Positions 45,609 through 58,556 of a DNA stretch of 64,000 nucleotides are shown in pieces. Within the stretch, counting starts at the first letter, position 1; each line of letters begins with the position of its first letter. The DNA comes from a virus (taxonomy: Duplodnaviria; Caudoviricetes): positions 32,001-96,000 of the IMG/VR virus record IMGVR_UViG_3300001528_000534. One strand, written 5' to 3'. The notes beneath the pieces were generated by a model, which was given only the letters and a program-made list of their open reading frames with translations, made no database searches and was not told the DNA's origin. The translations under genes were made by a program, and so were the position numbers.

Positions 45609-48218
45609 ATGGCATCAAAAGAAATATTTCCGCCTATTGTTGAAACTTATATGCCAGCTTTTTTATTATCAGATGGAGAGTGTAGAATTTATTTCTCACT
45701 CTCTTCTTATAATACAGAAGAAGATATTTTAAGAAAAGTACAAATTTCCATTAGGAATTAGAATACTAATAAAACTGAATTTAATATTAATAAAGCTACT
45801 GGCGGCTATCCTATGGGAATTAAAATTCAAGAATACTTGTATGATACTGAAAAAGATATGTATTATATAACAATAGCAGATTCAGATTTAGCAGAGTCTT
45901 TTAGAAATAATACTTATTATAAAGTTCAATTAAGATTTATTTCTGCGGTAGAAGTTGCTTCAGGAAATGTTCCTTCAAAACCTACTTCTGATTGGTTGAA
46001 TGCTAATTTAGATGCTTTTTCAGAATGGTCAACAGTATGTTTGATTAAAGGAATTTCTGACCCAACTTTAAAAATTAATATTTTTCCTCCTGCGGGAGTA
46101 GAAGAGGACTTGTCTGATAGGCATATTTCTTTAGGTACTTAGTTAGGTACTATTGTAGGAAGATTAACTTTTAAAAATACAACAGAGTCAGAAACTTTAA
46201 AAAGTTATAGAATAAAAATTTATAAAGTAGATGATGCAACTGCCGCACAAACTTTAATTGTAGATAGCGGTATATAGTATCCTACTTAGACAAATGAAAT
46301 AAATTATACTATTAAAAAAATTTTAGATGAATCATTTTTATACAAAGTATATATTGAATTAATAACTAAAAATTTATTTAGTTGGACTCCATATTATACT
46401 TTTAACATTAATACTTCATAGGGAGACCCCTTTGAAGAAGCTATTTTGTCTGTTCAAGAAGATTCGGAGAACGGTAGAGCTATTATTAAAGTTTCTTTTA
46501 AAGAAGATTTTGCAGATAATTTAGTGATTCGTAGAACTTCTAGTGAAACTAATTTTTCAGAATGGGAAGATATCTCAATTAAGAATTTGGATTTAAAGAA
46601 AAATGCTCTTTATATTTGGTATGATTATACTATTAAAAGTGGAGTCTGGTATAAATACGCAATTCAAAAAGGAGAGTCTTCTGGAAAGAGAAGCTTAGCT
46701 ATTATAAGTAATCCTATTATGGCAATTTTTTCAGACATCTTTTTAAATTCTGGAAATAAGCAATTAAGAATTAAATATAATCCTTCAATAGATTCTTTTA
46801 AATCAAATATTGTTGAAAGTAAAACTGATACCATTGGTTCAAGATATCCTTTTTTCAATCGTAATAGCATGGTAAATTATAAATCTTTTTCTATTGGTGG
46901 ACTTATTACTTTTTTAAGTGATATTGAAACCTCTCTTATTTTAGAGGAAGAAGAAGGTAAATTAATTGATTTAAATGACGAAAATTTATTCATTTCAAAA
47001 AATAACTTATTTGGAGAAGAAGTGAATAAGCTTTATGAAGAATATAATGATAATCATAATATAACTTTATATAATGATTTTATTTACGAAAGAGCTTTTA
47101 GGGAAGAAGTTATGAATTTTCTTCAAAGTAATACAGTTAAGCTTTTTAGGTCAACTCCTGAAGGTAACTTATTAGTAAAGATTATGGATATTAATTTTAG
47201 TCCTGACCAAAGTTTAGGTAGATATGTTTATAGTTTTCAAGCTACTGCTTATGAAGTAGCGGATTGCTCTATTGAAAATTATGATAAATATAATATTTAG
47301 CAGATAGGTGATTTTTTACCTGTTTCTGCAAAAGATGTTGAAACTGTTACCTATAATATTCTAGGACAAGTGTAGTATGAAGATAATTCTATAAATGTTG
47401 TAAATAAAATTTTAGATAAATTAAAAGCTCAAACAGCAGGTCAAGTGAAAGTTAAAGGATATAATTATTTAAAAATAGATTTCCAAGATTCTCCATATTA
47501 TATTAAGAATACGGATAAAGGTCCTATATTAAGCAGCTTTGAAGATTCTGCCGCATATTTAGGATATATTATTACTTTAAATTAGAAAAATATTGCTATT
47601 AATGAAAATGGTATTTATGAACTAAATAGTGAAGATGATTTATATAATATTACATCTTTATATTGTTAGGGAAAATGTTTAATAGATTATATTGTAAAAG
47701 CGGAAGTTTCAGAAAAGAATGAAAACTATACAATTTCACAATAGACTATAAAAACAAATAAAAATATAATTTATACTAAAGAAATTTCTTAGTTATCAGG
47801 CATCTTTTAGTATAATGTTTAGTTATCAAAATATTTAAAGAGCGATTATATTACAAATTTAGACCTTTCTGCTGATGAAAATACTTGTTGGGAAATTACT
47901 TTTGATAACAAAATTAGTTATTATATTCTTGGAAAAACAGAGTTACTTGCTTTAGATAATGTTATTATAAAAGATATTGTTCCAAAAGGAATAGCAATTC
48001 CCGCAAATGAATATAATACTAAAAAAATAAAAATAGAGAATGATAAATTATATTATTTATATAAAAATAAATGGGTAATTTGTACACCTTATGCTTATGT
48101 AGAGGATAGACCTGAAGAGTGCTCTATTGAAAATTATTAGGATAGTGATTTCTTAGAATTAAATATTGACACAGAAGCTATTATAAATTATACTTATGAA
48201 AGAGAGGAAACATATTAA
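45609..48218 (+). CDS. tail/baseplate structural protein, 869 aa (TAG=Gln)
   Basis: Fragments 45813 and 46446 in one frame. Fibronectin-like and distal-tail-like segments. Confidence 0.6.
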
Positions 48219-50107
48219 TGAAAATTATAGAATCTGAATATTTAAAAGATGATAAATTTCTTTCTTTAATAGACTCTCTTTAGATTAAAGAATAGTATAT
48301 TAAATTAACTCTTTTAACTTGGGATGAAGAACCTATTGAAGATATCGAAGGATACAGTACCGGTGGCAATTTAAATTTAGATGGAAATTCTAGTATTAGA
48401 AGAACTTGCAATTTAGAAATGGTTTCTCCTGATACAGATTTAGATTTTTTTAATCTCAATAGAATGATTAGTTTAAATAAAAAAGTATATTTATGGATAG
48501 GAATAAAGAATACTACTTCTCAATATACTAATTATCCTATCATATGGTTCCCTTAGGGAATGTACATCATGATGTCACCTTCTATTTCTCATACTTCTAA
48601 TGGTATTTCTATTTCTCTTTCCCTTCAAGATAAAATGTGTTTATTAAATGGAACTTGCGGCGGCACCCTCCCCGCTTCAGTTACTTTTCATGAAATAGAA
48701 GAAGAAATAGACGGCAAAGTTGTCATTAATAAACCAACAATATATCAAATTATTCAAGAGCTTGTGAATCATTTTGGAGGACAAGATTTAAGTAAAATTA
48801 TAATTGAAGGATTAGATACGAGAGTTAGACAAGTTATGAAATGGAATGGAGATGAGCCTATTTATCTTCATGAATTTTCTGATGGTCAAACAGTTTAGAG
48901 ATATTTTTCTTACGATGCTGGAGGTAAGAAATTTGACCCCGGTTATGATATTGGATATATTTATACCGATTTTACCTATCCGGGGGAACTAATTGGAGAT
49001 GCAGGGAGCACTGTTTGTGACATTCTCGATGAAATTAAAGAAACATTAGGCAATTATGAATATTTTTTTGATATTTATGGAAATTTTGTTTTTCAAGAAA
49101 TAAGAAATTATTTAAATACTACTAAAGCAACTTCTGATTTAAATGATTTAGAAAAAGATAATAATTATGTTATAGATATATCAAATGGAAAAAGAGCTTA
49201 TTCTTTTGACGAAAATTTATTAGTTACTTCTTTTTCTAATGCGCCTTCTTTTGATAATATTAAAAATGATTTTTTAGTATGGGGTATGAAGACTACTGCT
49301 AGTGGCAATACTTTACCTATTCGATATCATTTATCTATTGATGAAAAGCCTCAGGTAGGGAATACTTATTCTATAAAAGTCAAAAGAGATGAAGATAATA
49401 AAATTATAAATGTTTATCCTGCTGATATGGAAATAGAAGATACAGAAACTATTACTATTATAACAAAAGATTGGCGGACAGAATTGTATTTATAGGGAAC
49501 AATGTCCGAAACTTTAGGGGTAGAATACAATTATTATTATACTGAATTAATGAATGAATGGTTGAAATTGTATGATATTGAAAATGGAAAATTTTATGAT
49601 GATTTAGTAATTACAGATTTAGATTTTTATTTGGATTTTATTGATACAAATGCATCTATTGGAGATTTTAATATTAAAAATATTGGACGTAGAAGTAAGG
49701 TATTAGTTGATGACAAAATAAATTGCTTGTTTGAACCAGAAATTCCAAACATAATTATTTTAGAAGCGGGAAATGATGATTTGTCTTCTCTAAAACAAGA
49801 GTGTGAAAATAGAGGAGAAGAATGGATTTAGGTTAATCCAGATATTTATAATAATATGGTTATGGGCGGTCAATTTAATAGTGCATTATATGCAATTAAA
49901 GATTTACTTTATCAATATACTAATTATAATGAAAGTATAACCATTCAAGCGATACCTGTATTTCATTTAGAGCCGAATATTAGAATTGGTGTTGTAGATA
50001 ATGAAAGTGGTATTAATGGTGATTATATGATTAACAATATTTCATTGCCTTTAGAACCCGGCGGAGAAATGTCGATATCAGCAATAAAAGCGTTATAGAA
50101 GATTTGA
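48218..50107 (+). CDS. baseplate hub/Tal-like tail protein, 629 aa (TAG=Gln)
   Basis: GNLNLDGNSSIRRTC, DKMCLLNG and NYEYFFDIYGNFVF motifs. Four fragments in one frame. Confidence 0.65.
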
Positions 50108-50116
50108 GGTGAAATA

Positions 50117-50650
50117 ATGATAGGTCAATTAATAAAATCAGATAGCACAAAATATATAACTAATCTTAATTATAATAAAATTAATGAGTAGACTTTTAAA
50201 ATTAATTTTAATAAAGGTAGTAAATATTATATTAAAATTTAGTTTGATATTAGCGAAACTCCGCAAGATGTATAGGTATACCTGTCTACAGACAGTTCTG
50301 TTTTACAAGAAAATAAGATTGATATTTTTTATTTCCCAGAGGAAACTCCTTTGACAAAAGAAATTGTTATAGCGCCTAATAAAGATTATAATTTTATATA
50401 TATATCTTTTAGTCAAGAAACAGTTGCTATTATTAATTTATAGATATATAAAATTGAAAATATTTTACCCGTTGCAGAAGTCAATAAAATAGGCGTTTGG
50501 GGAAATCCTTCTTAGATATTATGCATTAATGGAGAGAAAATTCAAATTGGAAGAACAGGTATCTATGAAATTTATAATTAGGATATTTTAATTAATTTTA
50601 TAGGTGTTATTCCACAAGAAACAAATTTTATTATAGATTATGAATATTAA
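50117..50650 (+). CDS. hypothetical tail protein (TAG=Gln)
   Basis: RBS and continuous frame. Confidence 0.55.
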
Positions 50651-50667
50651 AGAGGAGGGTATAAATT

Positions 50668-52299
50668 ATGGGTAGTTTTTATGGCGGACGTAGAGGCGCC
50701 TCCGCATAGATAGTTAAAACATATAATTCTTATTCAGAAATGGAAACTGACTTTTCTTCTTCTGATTGTTCTGTTGGATATAATGAATATGTTATTGTAA
50801 ATGAAAATGATTAGAGTATATTATACAAAAAAACTTTTACTGTGCCAGAAAAAATTGGTTCTTTAATGCCAAATAAAGATTTAAAAGTAATAGATTTTGA
50901 TATTGCTCTTAAATCTTATGAGGATATAAAATCAGAAACTGGAGCTGTTGAAAAAGAATCTACTTTAGAAAATGGAGATATAATTCCGGGCAAAGAAACT
51001 ATTAACGGAGAAATTAAATATAATGATAAATTATATTATATTTATAACAATATTTTAAATGGAGAAGGAGATACCGTTATTTCAGAGATAGGTGTTAAAG
51101 TTCCTTATTCTGTAATAGATTTTTCTGCGGATATTTTAGAAGGAGACAATGACGCTTCTCATCCTCTATTATCTTAGATTTTTGAAAAAGATGAAAAAGG
51201 ATAGAATATTATACATCCTTTTTCATCTTCTTGGCATTTTAATATCCCACGAGGCAAATCTGGCTCAAGTATTAAAAATTTAAGGGTATTAAGTGCAGAT
51301 TCTATTTCTAAATAGAAAATAGCCTTAGTTAATAGACCTCAGATACCAGAAGGAGATATTCAAAATTCTATTTAGTATTTAATTTATGATGAATATAATC
51401 CTATTACCGATACAACTTTAACTTATTATTTAGGAAATTCAACGTAGATAGAAGATATTTCTTTATCTAACAATGGAACTCTAACTGTTAAATATGAAGG
51501 TGGTAGAATTGTATCTTTTGATAGAGTGATTAAATGGATAAAAGATATTTCCATTTCTGATGATGGGACTATTACTATAGAATATAACGATGATAATTCT
51601 GACATTTTTGAAAAGAAAATTCGTTCAATTTCTGATTTGTCTTTTGATGAAAACGGAAAATTTATTATTTCAGATAATCAAAATAATGTTATTAATCAAG
51701 AAATCAAATGGATTAAAGATGTTCAAATAAATGAGCAAACTTAGAAAATTAATATTACTTATAATATCCTCGATAATGAAGGGAAAAATATAACTACAGA
51801 AATAGGTTCTCCTCTTAATTATATTGTAAGAACTGCAATAGATAATAATTATAATTTATTAATTTATAATAGCGACCCTGAAATAAGAAAAAAGCTTGGC
51901 TCTTCTGCAGTTACTTATGATGGTTTAGAAGGATGGTAGAATTTAGGAAATATTAAAGAGGATAGTGGAATCCTTATTGGTAAAAATTATGAAAATTTAA
52001 ATAATTATAGCCAAGAAAATATTATTAAAAAATTAAATACAGATTATCCAAAAGGTTTATTAAATTTAGATAAAGGTAAAGTAATAACTGTTGGTGCAAA
52101 CAATCAAATTAAATCTTTTTATGCTTTTGATTATGACTAGAATACGTGGTATTTTTTAGGGAAAATTGGAGATTTAAGCAGATACCCTAACTCTGGAGTT
52201 TTTGTTGGAAAATCTGATTTTAATACCAACGATAAATTAGAATCTTTGAATGTTGGCGGTTTTTGGTTCGTTACTTATGGAGAGGACGATGAAACATGA
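50668..52299 (+). CDS. putative tail fibre/receptor-binding protein, 543 aa (TAG=Gln)
   Basis: Internal repeats IKWIKDISISDDG/IRSISDLSFDENG/IKWIKDV. Fragments 50842 and 51526 in one frame. Confidence 0.55.
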
Positions 52300-52541
52300 T
52301 TTTATCTTATTAGGGTTCTATTAATAAACATTTTAATAAAGGAGAAGAAGTTATTTCTTCTCCTTCTTTTTTTAAGCAAATAGGAATAGAAATATTAAAA
52401 GATTTTCCTATTAATGTTATTATTAATAATCAATCTTTTACTATTAATTCTAATAGAATTTTTGAGTTAGAAAATATACAAATTAATAGTTTAAAATTTA
52501 GTAATCCAGTGGATGCGGCAATCACCTATATCTTAGGCTAA
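52296..52541 (+). CDS. small hypothetical protein
   Basis: ATGA overlap, one TAG. Confidence 0.5.
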
Positions 52542-52642
52542 ACTGGGCAAGTTCAGATAATTTTCTCATTTTGAAATACATATTATATAGTGAAAAATCA
52601 CAGATGAAATAAAATATTTCAAAATAGGAAGAAGGTTTATAA

Positions 52643-53125
52643 ATGAATTTCCCTAATTACAATGGTGCTACCAATTATTATAGTGGATATTAGCAATATC
52701 CATAGATACCTTATAATAATAATTTCCAAGGAAATAATTTTAATTAGCCTTTGTCTCAATAGAATACTGCTCCTCAACAATTTAATTTATAGGCTCCTAA
52801 TACGCTGAATGGAAAAATAGTTGAAAGTAAAGATATTGTTTCTGTTACAGAAATTCCTTTAGGTGGATATGGGTTATTCCCAAAAGCTGATTTAAGCGAA
52901 ATTTATGTAAAGGTTTGGAATAATTCTGGAACAACTGAAACACTTACTTTTAAGCCAGTAGCAAAAGAAAATGCTGTAAACCAAGAAAATACAATGAATG
53001 TTATTCTAGAAAAGATAAATGCTTTAGAAAATAAAATTAATTCATTATTACCTATTTCTTCATCGCAAGAACCAAAATAGGAAATATAGGAAATAAGAAG
53101 AGAGGTAAGTGCAAATGCCTACTAA
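52643..53125 (+). CDS. cassette gene 1: protein with N/Q/Y/P-rich N-terminus (TAG=Gln)
   Basis: MNFPNYNGATNYYSGYQQYPQIPYNNNFQ...LNGKIVES...FPKADLSEIYVKVW. Confidence 0.7.
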
Positions 53126-53357
53126 TCCAATGATGTTTTTAATGTCTATGCTAAAAAATGGAGCTAATCCTTAGCAATTAGCTCTTTCTATGTTACAATA
53201 GCAAGCAGGTAATAATCCCATGATGAATAATTTATTGCAATTAGCACAGAATGGAAAAGGTGTCGAAATTGAATAGATTGCTCGGAATATTATGAAAGAA
53301 AAAGGTTTAGATTTTGATAAAGAGTTTAATAGTTTTAAAAATAATTTAGGACTATAA
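53115..53357 (+). CDS. cassette gene 2: small Met/Asn/Gln-rich helical protein (TAG=Gln)
   Basis: MPTNPMMFLMSMLKNGANPQQL...NNPMMNNLLQLAQNG...EQIARNIMKEKGLD. Confidence 0.7.
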
Positions 53358-53398
53358 AACTTTAGAATATAATGATATATTTAAGGAGGAATTAACGT

Positions 53399-54979
53399 AT
53401 GTTTAATTCAAACACAAGTGGCTACAGTTTAAGTGATATTGCAGCTGCAACAGGAAATGACAGGAATAATAACGACTGCTTTGGCGGAAATGGAGCTTGG
53501 TAAATTTTATCTGCCAAGGGTAAATCGCGGAATTAAGCGGGAAAGCTGAAATGCCAATCCGAACCGAAGGCTATAGTTACTATAGTCAGGGGCAACGCAT
53601 AGAGAGTGAAAAGATATAATCTCTCCACGAGGCCGCGACATTTTTAAGTCATAAAATCAATGGACATGGTAGGATAATTATCCCCCTTTTATTTTCAAGT
53701 ATATATGTGAAATAAATTTAAAGGAGAATTTTACTATATGGCACCAAAAATGTTAACACTTGAAGATTATGAAATTACAAGAGATGGACAAGTAATTAAT
53801 AAACATACCAATCATGTTCTAAAACCACAGCCAAATGCAAAAGGATACTTAAGAGTATCCATTGGCAAAAAATTAGTTTTTGTACATCGTTTAGTAGCTA
53901 AAAAATATATATCTAACCCAAATAACCTACCTCAAGTAAATCACAAAGATGGAAACAAATTAAATAACAATATGGAAAATTTAGAATGGGTAAGCAATTT
54001 AGAAAATAGGGCTCATGCAGTAAAAACTGGATTACATTTATCTGGTGAAAAAGCTACTAATCATAAATTAAATTGGGATTCAGTAGAATATATAAGAAAG
54101 CATCCTGAAATTCCAAGTTCTGAGTTAGCAGAAGAATTTGGAGTATCAAGAGCCACTATAAACGATGTAAAAAAATATCGTACTTGGAAAATTAAAAATG
54201 ACTTAAATAGTTGAAAAGATATGCTGAACTAATACGAAAGGTAAGTATTAGAATTATAGGATAAAAAACCTATAAGATAACAATATAATGGGATTATTAT
54301 TCTTTTCTTATTCTGTTTTGCAGGCGGATGGGGCAATGGTCGCGGAGGTCTTTTCGGAGGAGAAGGAGCTACCGCTTCAGGAATCACAGATGGCTATATT
54401 TTAACATCTGATTTTGCAAATCTTGAAAGAAAAATTGATGGTGTAAATAATGGTCTTTGTGATGGCTTCTATGCTATGAATACTGGTATGCTCAATGGCT
54501 TTAACACTTTAGGAAACAATATTCAAAGTGCTCAAGCTGCTGTGACTGCCGCAGTTAATGCTGATACTATTGCAAATATGTAGAATACAAATAGTCTTAC
54601 AGCTCAGTTAACAGGTTTAGGCACTCAACTTCAGCAATGTTGCTGCGATTAGAGATATGAGTCCGCTACTCAGTTTGCTAATTTAAATTACAATCTTGCT
54701 GACCAGTCTTGCCAAACACGCAGAACAATTACAGATGCTTCTAAAGACATAATTGCAAATCAAGATGCAAATACTCGTTCAATTCTTGATTTCTTAACTC
54801 AGGATAAGATTGCTTCTCTTACAGCAGAAAATCAGTCTCTTAAATTTGCTGCTTCTCAACAAGCACAAAATAACTATCTTGTTCATGCAATCAATCCTGC
54901 ACCCGTTCCTGCATATGTTGTAGCAAATCCTTATTGCAATTGCAACACTTATAACGGATGCGGATGCGCTAATATCTGA
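53399..54979 (+). CDS. cassette gene 3: Gly-rich TM plus coiled-coil, Cys-rich protein, 2 exons (53399-53501, 54291-54979), 263 aa
   Basis: Splicing gives GGNGAW-WIIILFLFCFAGGWGNG, then QQCCCD and C-terminal NPYCNCNTYNGCGC. Strong RBS. Confidence 0.8.
53502..54290 (+). mobile_element. group I intron 4
   Basis: P1 CUUGGU/GCCAAG. Core ATTAAGCGGGAA, AATCCGAAC, GCAACGCATAG and GATATGCTG. Terminal G. Confidence 0.85.
53738..54214 (+). CDS. intron-encoded HNH endonuclease with C-terminal HTH
   Basis: VHRLVA...VNHKDGNKLNNNMENLEW...ENRAH and LAEEFGVSRATI. Confidence 0.88.
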   Translation: MAPKMLTLEDYEITRDGQVINKHTNHVLKPQPNAKGYLRVSIGKKLVFVHRLVAKKYISNPNNLPQVNHKDGNKLNNNMENLEWVSNLENRAHAVKTGLHLSGEKATNHKLNWDSVEYIRKHPEIPSSELAEEFGVSRATINDVKKYRTWKIKNDLNS

Positions 54980-54998
54980 TTAATGGGAGGAATGAGAT

Positions 54999-55418
54999 AT
55001 GGAAATTACAGCTAACGCAGTGTAGACTGTTGCTGCTAATCAAAATGTTCTTTTTAATGAAACAGCAGTTTCAGGTTCTTGCTCAATCCTCCACAGAGAA
55101 GGTTCAGGTCTCGTAACTTTACGAGGCTTGACCAATCAGTGTAGAGCAAGATTTAAAGTAACATTTGGTGCTAATATTGCTGTTCCTACGGGTGGAACTG
55201 CAGGTGCTATTTCATTAGCTTTAGCTATAAGCGGAGAACCTGTGAATACAACTTCAATGATAGTAACACCTGCCGCAGTCGCAGAATATTTTAATGTAGC
55301 TAGCAGTATATATTTAGACGTACCTAAGAATTGTTGCTTAACAATAGCTGTTGAGAATACTTCAACTCAAGCTATTGATGTATAGAATGCTAATTTAATT
55401 GTAGAAAGGGTGGCTTGA
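54999..55418 (+). CDS. cassette gene 4: beta-sandwich protein, BclA-C/C1q-like (TAG=Gln)
   Basis: MEITANAV(TAG)TVAANQNVLF...DV(TAG)NANLIVERVA with alternating beta strands. Confidence 0.65.
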
Positions 55419-55423
55419 TTTAA

Positions 55424-55912
55424 ATGGAAAATTTAAAAACTATGAAAAATTAGCTTATCTCTTTAGTACAAAATTAGCTAACTCACACAGAAACTGTGGA
55501 TACAAAAGAATTGGGCGAAGCAGTTGATATGATAAAAGATTTGGCAGAAACAATCTATTATTGTACAATAACTGAAGCTATGGAAGAAAAAGAGCATCAC
55601 AAAGAAGAAAATTCTTATTACAAATATTATGAAGAACGTCCTATGGGTATGAAAGATAATATGAGAATATCAAGAGATTGGGATTCATCAAGAGAAGGCT
55701 CAAATCCTAAAGACGGTCGTAGTCATATTACTCGTAGATATTATATGGAATCTAAAGAAAAACACTTAGATAATGCTACTACTATGAAAGAATTGGAGCA
55801 TTATCTCTCTGAATTGTCTTCTGATATAGCTGAAATGATAGAAGGCGCAACTCCAGAGGAAAAAATTCTTTTACAATAGAAATTAACAACATTAGTTAAT
55901 AAAATTAAATGA
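55424..55912 (+). CDS. cassette gene 5: helical protein (TAG=Gln)
   Basis: VDTKELGEAVDMIKDLAE...GRS...RRYYMESK...TPEEK in a continuous frame. Confidence 0.7.
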
Positions 55913-56217
55913 CTATAACTATTAATAATATAGTTTGGAATATCTCCTTTGAGCCTGCGGATTCTCCTAAATTAAGAAAACATTTAGGAGAATTTTCCGT
56001 AGGAGTATGTGATTTACAAAATCATTGCATATATATAAATGAGAATGCGAGAGGAGATTTTTTGAAGAAAATCCTTCTTCATGAAATTACTCATGCTTTT
56101 ATATATTCATATGATTTATCTTTTGATTATCTTAAAGAAGAATATATTGCAGATTTTGTTGCTTCTTATGGAGAAGCAATATTAGATATTTATAAAAAAA
56201 TAAAGGGAACAGTATGA
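55909..56217 (+). CDS. HExxH zinc metallopeptidase-like protein
   Basis: LLHEITHA...EE motif, ATGA overlap. Confidence 0.65.
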   Translation: MTITINNIVWNISFEPADSPKLRKHLGEFSVGVCDLQNHCIYINENARGDFLKKILLHEITHAFIYSYDLSFDYLKEEYIADFVASYGEAILDIYKKIKGTV

Positions 56218-56251
56218 TTATTAATATATCAACTGTTCCCTTTATTTTTTT
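56198..56251. terminator. bidirectional terminator at the convergence of the two transcription blocks
   Basis: AAATAAAGGGAACAGT...ACTGTTCCCTTTATTT flanked by A/T runs. Confidence 0.8.
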
Positions 56252-56767
56252 TTACCATTCTAAAAATGTTTCTTGAGTATTACTGCCAGAATTTTTTTGA
56301 ATGTAAGCATAACCTATTCCAATGGCATCAGCGGTATCATCATTAATATCTTCTTTTATATTGAATGTTGTTTTTACATAAGAGATATCTTCTTGTTTAA
56401 GCTATTCTCTTTTAATACCTCTACCTTGGGCAATACCGCAAACTTTTCGCCATTCACTTGGATATAAAAATTCTACCTTTAAATTATACTTTTCATGCAT
56501 TAATAAGACAATCATTGCTTGAAGCCACATTAAAGCTTTATAAGTTTTAATATTATTACCCAATTCTGGGCGGACTTCTTCTAAAATTACACATTCTATT
56601 GGTGACTAAATTTTCTCTATAATCTATATGATTTCTTTTTTCATCTTATCTAATCGGCATAATAAATCAGAAGAGCTGGCGGTAAAATATCCATATTGCA
56701 TTAATTTTTCTTTATCAAAAATAGCGTAGCCTGTACTTTTTGTACTAGCATCTAAAGCTAAAATCAT
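56252..56767 (-). CDS. RuvC-like Holliday junction resolvase (TAG=Gln, absent from the track)
   Basis: MILALDASTKSTGYA...ILEE...PSEWRK...NDDTADAIGIG. Confidence 0.82.
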
Positions 56768-56949
56768 TAATTGACACCCACTTTCATTTTTTAAATTATA
56801 TCATATTTTTTTAAAAAAGTCAAAAAAAAATTAGGATTTTACATTTTTTATGTAAAATCCTAATTAACAAATTTTGATTCTAAAAAAATCAAAAGGCTAT
56901 CTTAAATTTAAGATACGATAGTCTACGTTCCGCCAGCTATAAACATTTA

Positions 56950-58552
56950 TTAATGAGACCCCGTACTTCCAAAACCGCCATCTCCGCGAGCAGTATCTTC
57001 AAGTTCATCAACCTCTTGCCATGTATCTGTCACATAAGGAATGAAAATAAGTTGTGCAATACGCTCATTAGGTTCTATTATCTGACGGACATTTGAATCA
57101 TTGTGTAGAGGAACGATATATTCTCCCGTATAGTCTGTATCGCAAACCAATTTGTTATCGTAAAAGTTTTTTATCTTCTACCTCTTATGATTTCTCATAA
57201 GCTCAGCATATCTTTTCACTATATAAGTGCTGCGGCCTCGTGGGAGAATTATTCTTTCGTCATCTCCTATGCGTTGCCCCTGACTAAACCTATTTACATT
57301 TTAGCCTTCGGTTCGGATTAGCTTATTTTTCAACTTAGCCTTCCCGCTTAATTCCGCAGTTTAACGTCGGCGTTTTTATTTTTCTATAAATTCACTTGTT
57401 TCAAGCAATAAATCTTTAATATTTAATTCTTTATATCTAGTATAAGGTATTCGTATAAGAGGAATATTATTTTCTTTGCACCATTTAGATTTTATTAAAT
57501 CATGTTTATGAGTATATTCATAATCAAAAATACTATCTATGTTAAAATGCTATTCTCCATCATATTCAATTAAATATCTATTATCTATATAAAAATCAAA
57601 AGGCAAACTTCTTTTATCTTTACAAGAATTAAAAATTTTTTCTGTTTCATATTTAATATTATTTTGTTTTAATATTTGTGCAATTTTTTCATTACCTTTA
57701 GATATGTTAGAATGATTTCCGCAGCTTAAACTCTTTTCTTCTCTTAAAGATTGCCCTAAGACATCTTTTTCATTACCACATTCACATCGGCAACGCCAAT
57801 ATATGCTTCCATTTAAAGCTTTTTTATTAGATTTTCCTAAAACTACCCATTTTCCAAAAATCTGTCCTGTTAAATCTATCTCAGTGGTATTTTTATATTT
57901 TCGTTCTTTTCCTTTTAAGCCTGCATCATACCATGTTTTTGTAATCATTCCTCTTGATACGTTATATTCTTTTGCTAACTCACTTGAAGTTTTTGAATTA
58001 TAGTCTTTTATTATTTTTTCTTTATCTTTGGAAGATAATTTATAATTCCTATTTATTTGATTTATATTAAAATTAATTTTTTTAGCATGGTTTAAAACTG
58101 AGCCTTTATCACAATTATATAGCTCTCCCATTTTTCTTGAACTTTTAAATTTTAAATAATTAGCAATAAATTCATCATCGCTACCCCAGTTTATTCTTTT
58201 TCCCATATTCTATTCTCCTTTTTAATTTTTATCAATATTATATGAAAAAAGATTTCACCGGATTAATCAAAGAATACCAAAGATAAAATTTTTATTAGTT
58301 TTCACCGACACAATTCGCAGGTCTAAGTCCTTTCTTTGTAGCAAGTCCGCTACGAGCGAAAATAGCTCCAAAAGTATTAATATCTGCAATTTTAGGAGGA
58401 GTAATTGCAACACCTGTTCCAATTTTGACAGTTGTATGAGGCTGAATAGGAATAGGCTCATCAATACAAGCATATAAATCATAACCTGCCGCGTATTTAC
58501 TTCCCTGTGTAGGAATTGTTGCATTTGGCTTAATTTTCTTGAATTTAATCAT
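56950..58552 (-). CDS. dut: trimeric dUTPase, 2 exons (58552-58304, 57147-56950), 148 aa
   Basis: AAGYDL, ARSGLA, spliced NCVG-VCDTDYTGE, RIAQL and RGDGGFGSTG motifs. Confidence 0.93.
57148..58303 (-). mobile_element. group I intron 5 in dut, with its ORF in the P1 loop
   Basis: Exon end GUCGGU pairs with GCCGAC (57371-57366), downstream of the ORF. Core very similar to intron 4. Terminal G. Confidence 0.85.
57376..58206 (-). CDS. intron-encoded Vsr/DUF559-like endonuclease with HTH and CxCxCG domains (TAG=Gln)
   Basis: DLTGQIFG...WRCRCECG...SCG, SKGNE, PFDFY, IEYDGE(TAG)HF and LIRIPY motifs. Confidence 0.82.
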
Positions 58553-58556
58553 ATTT

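Noticed and set aside
10412-52299. Reading the fragmented structural region as a decayed prophage or pseudogenes
   Set aside because: Breaks are TAG only, frames are preserved, and TAG sits at conserved Gln positions.
56880-56945. tRNA-like fragment (TGGCGGAACGTAGAC on minus)
   Set aside because: No T-arm GTTCRA or acceptor stem could be built. No tRNA, including a TAG suppressor, is supported in this window.
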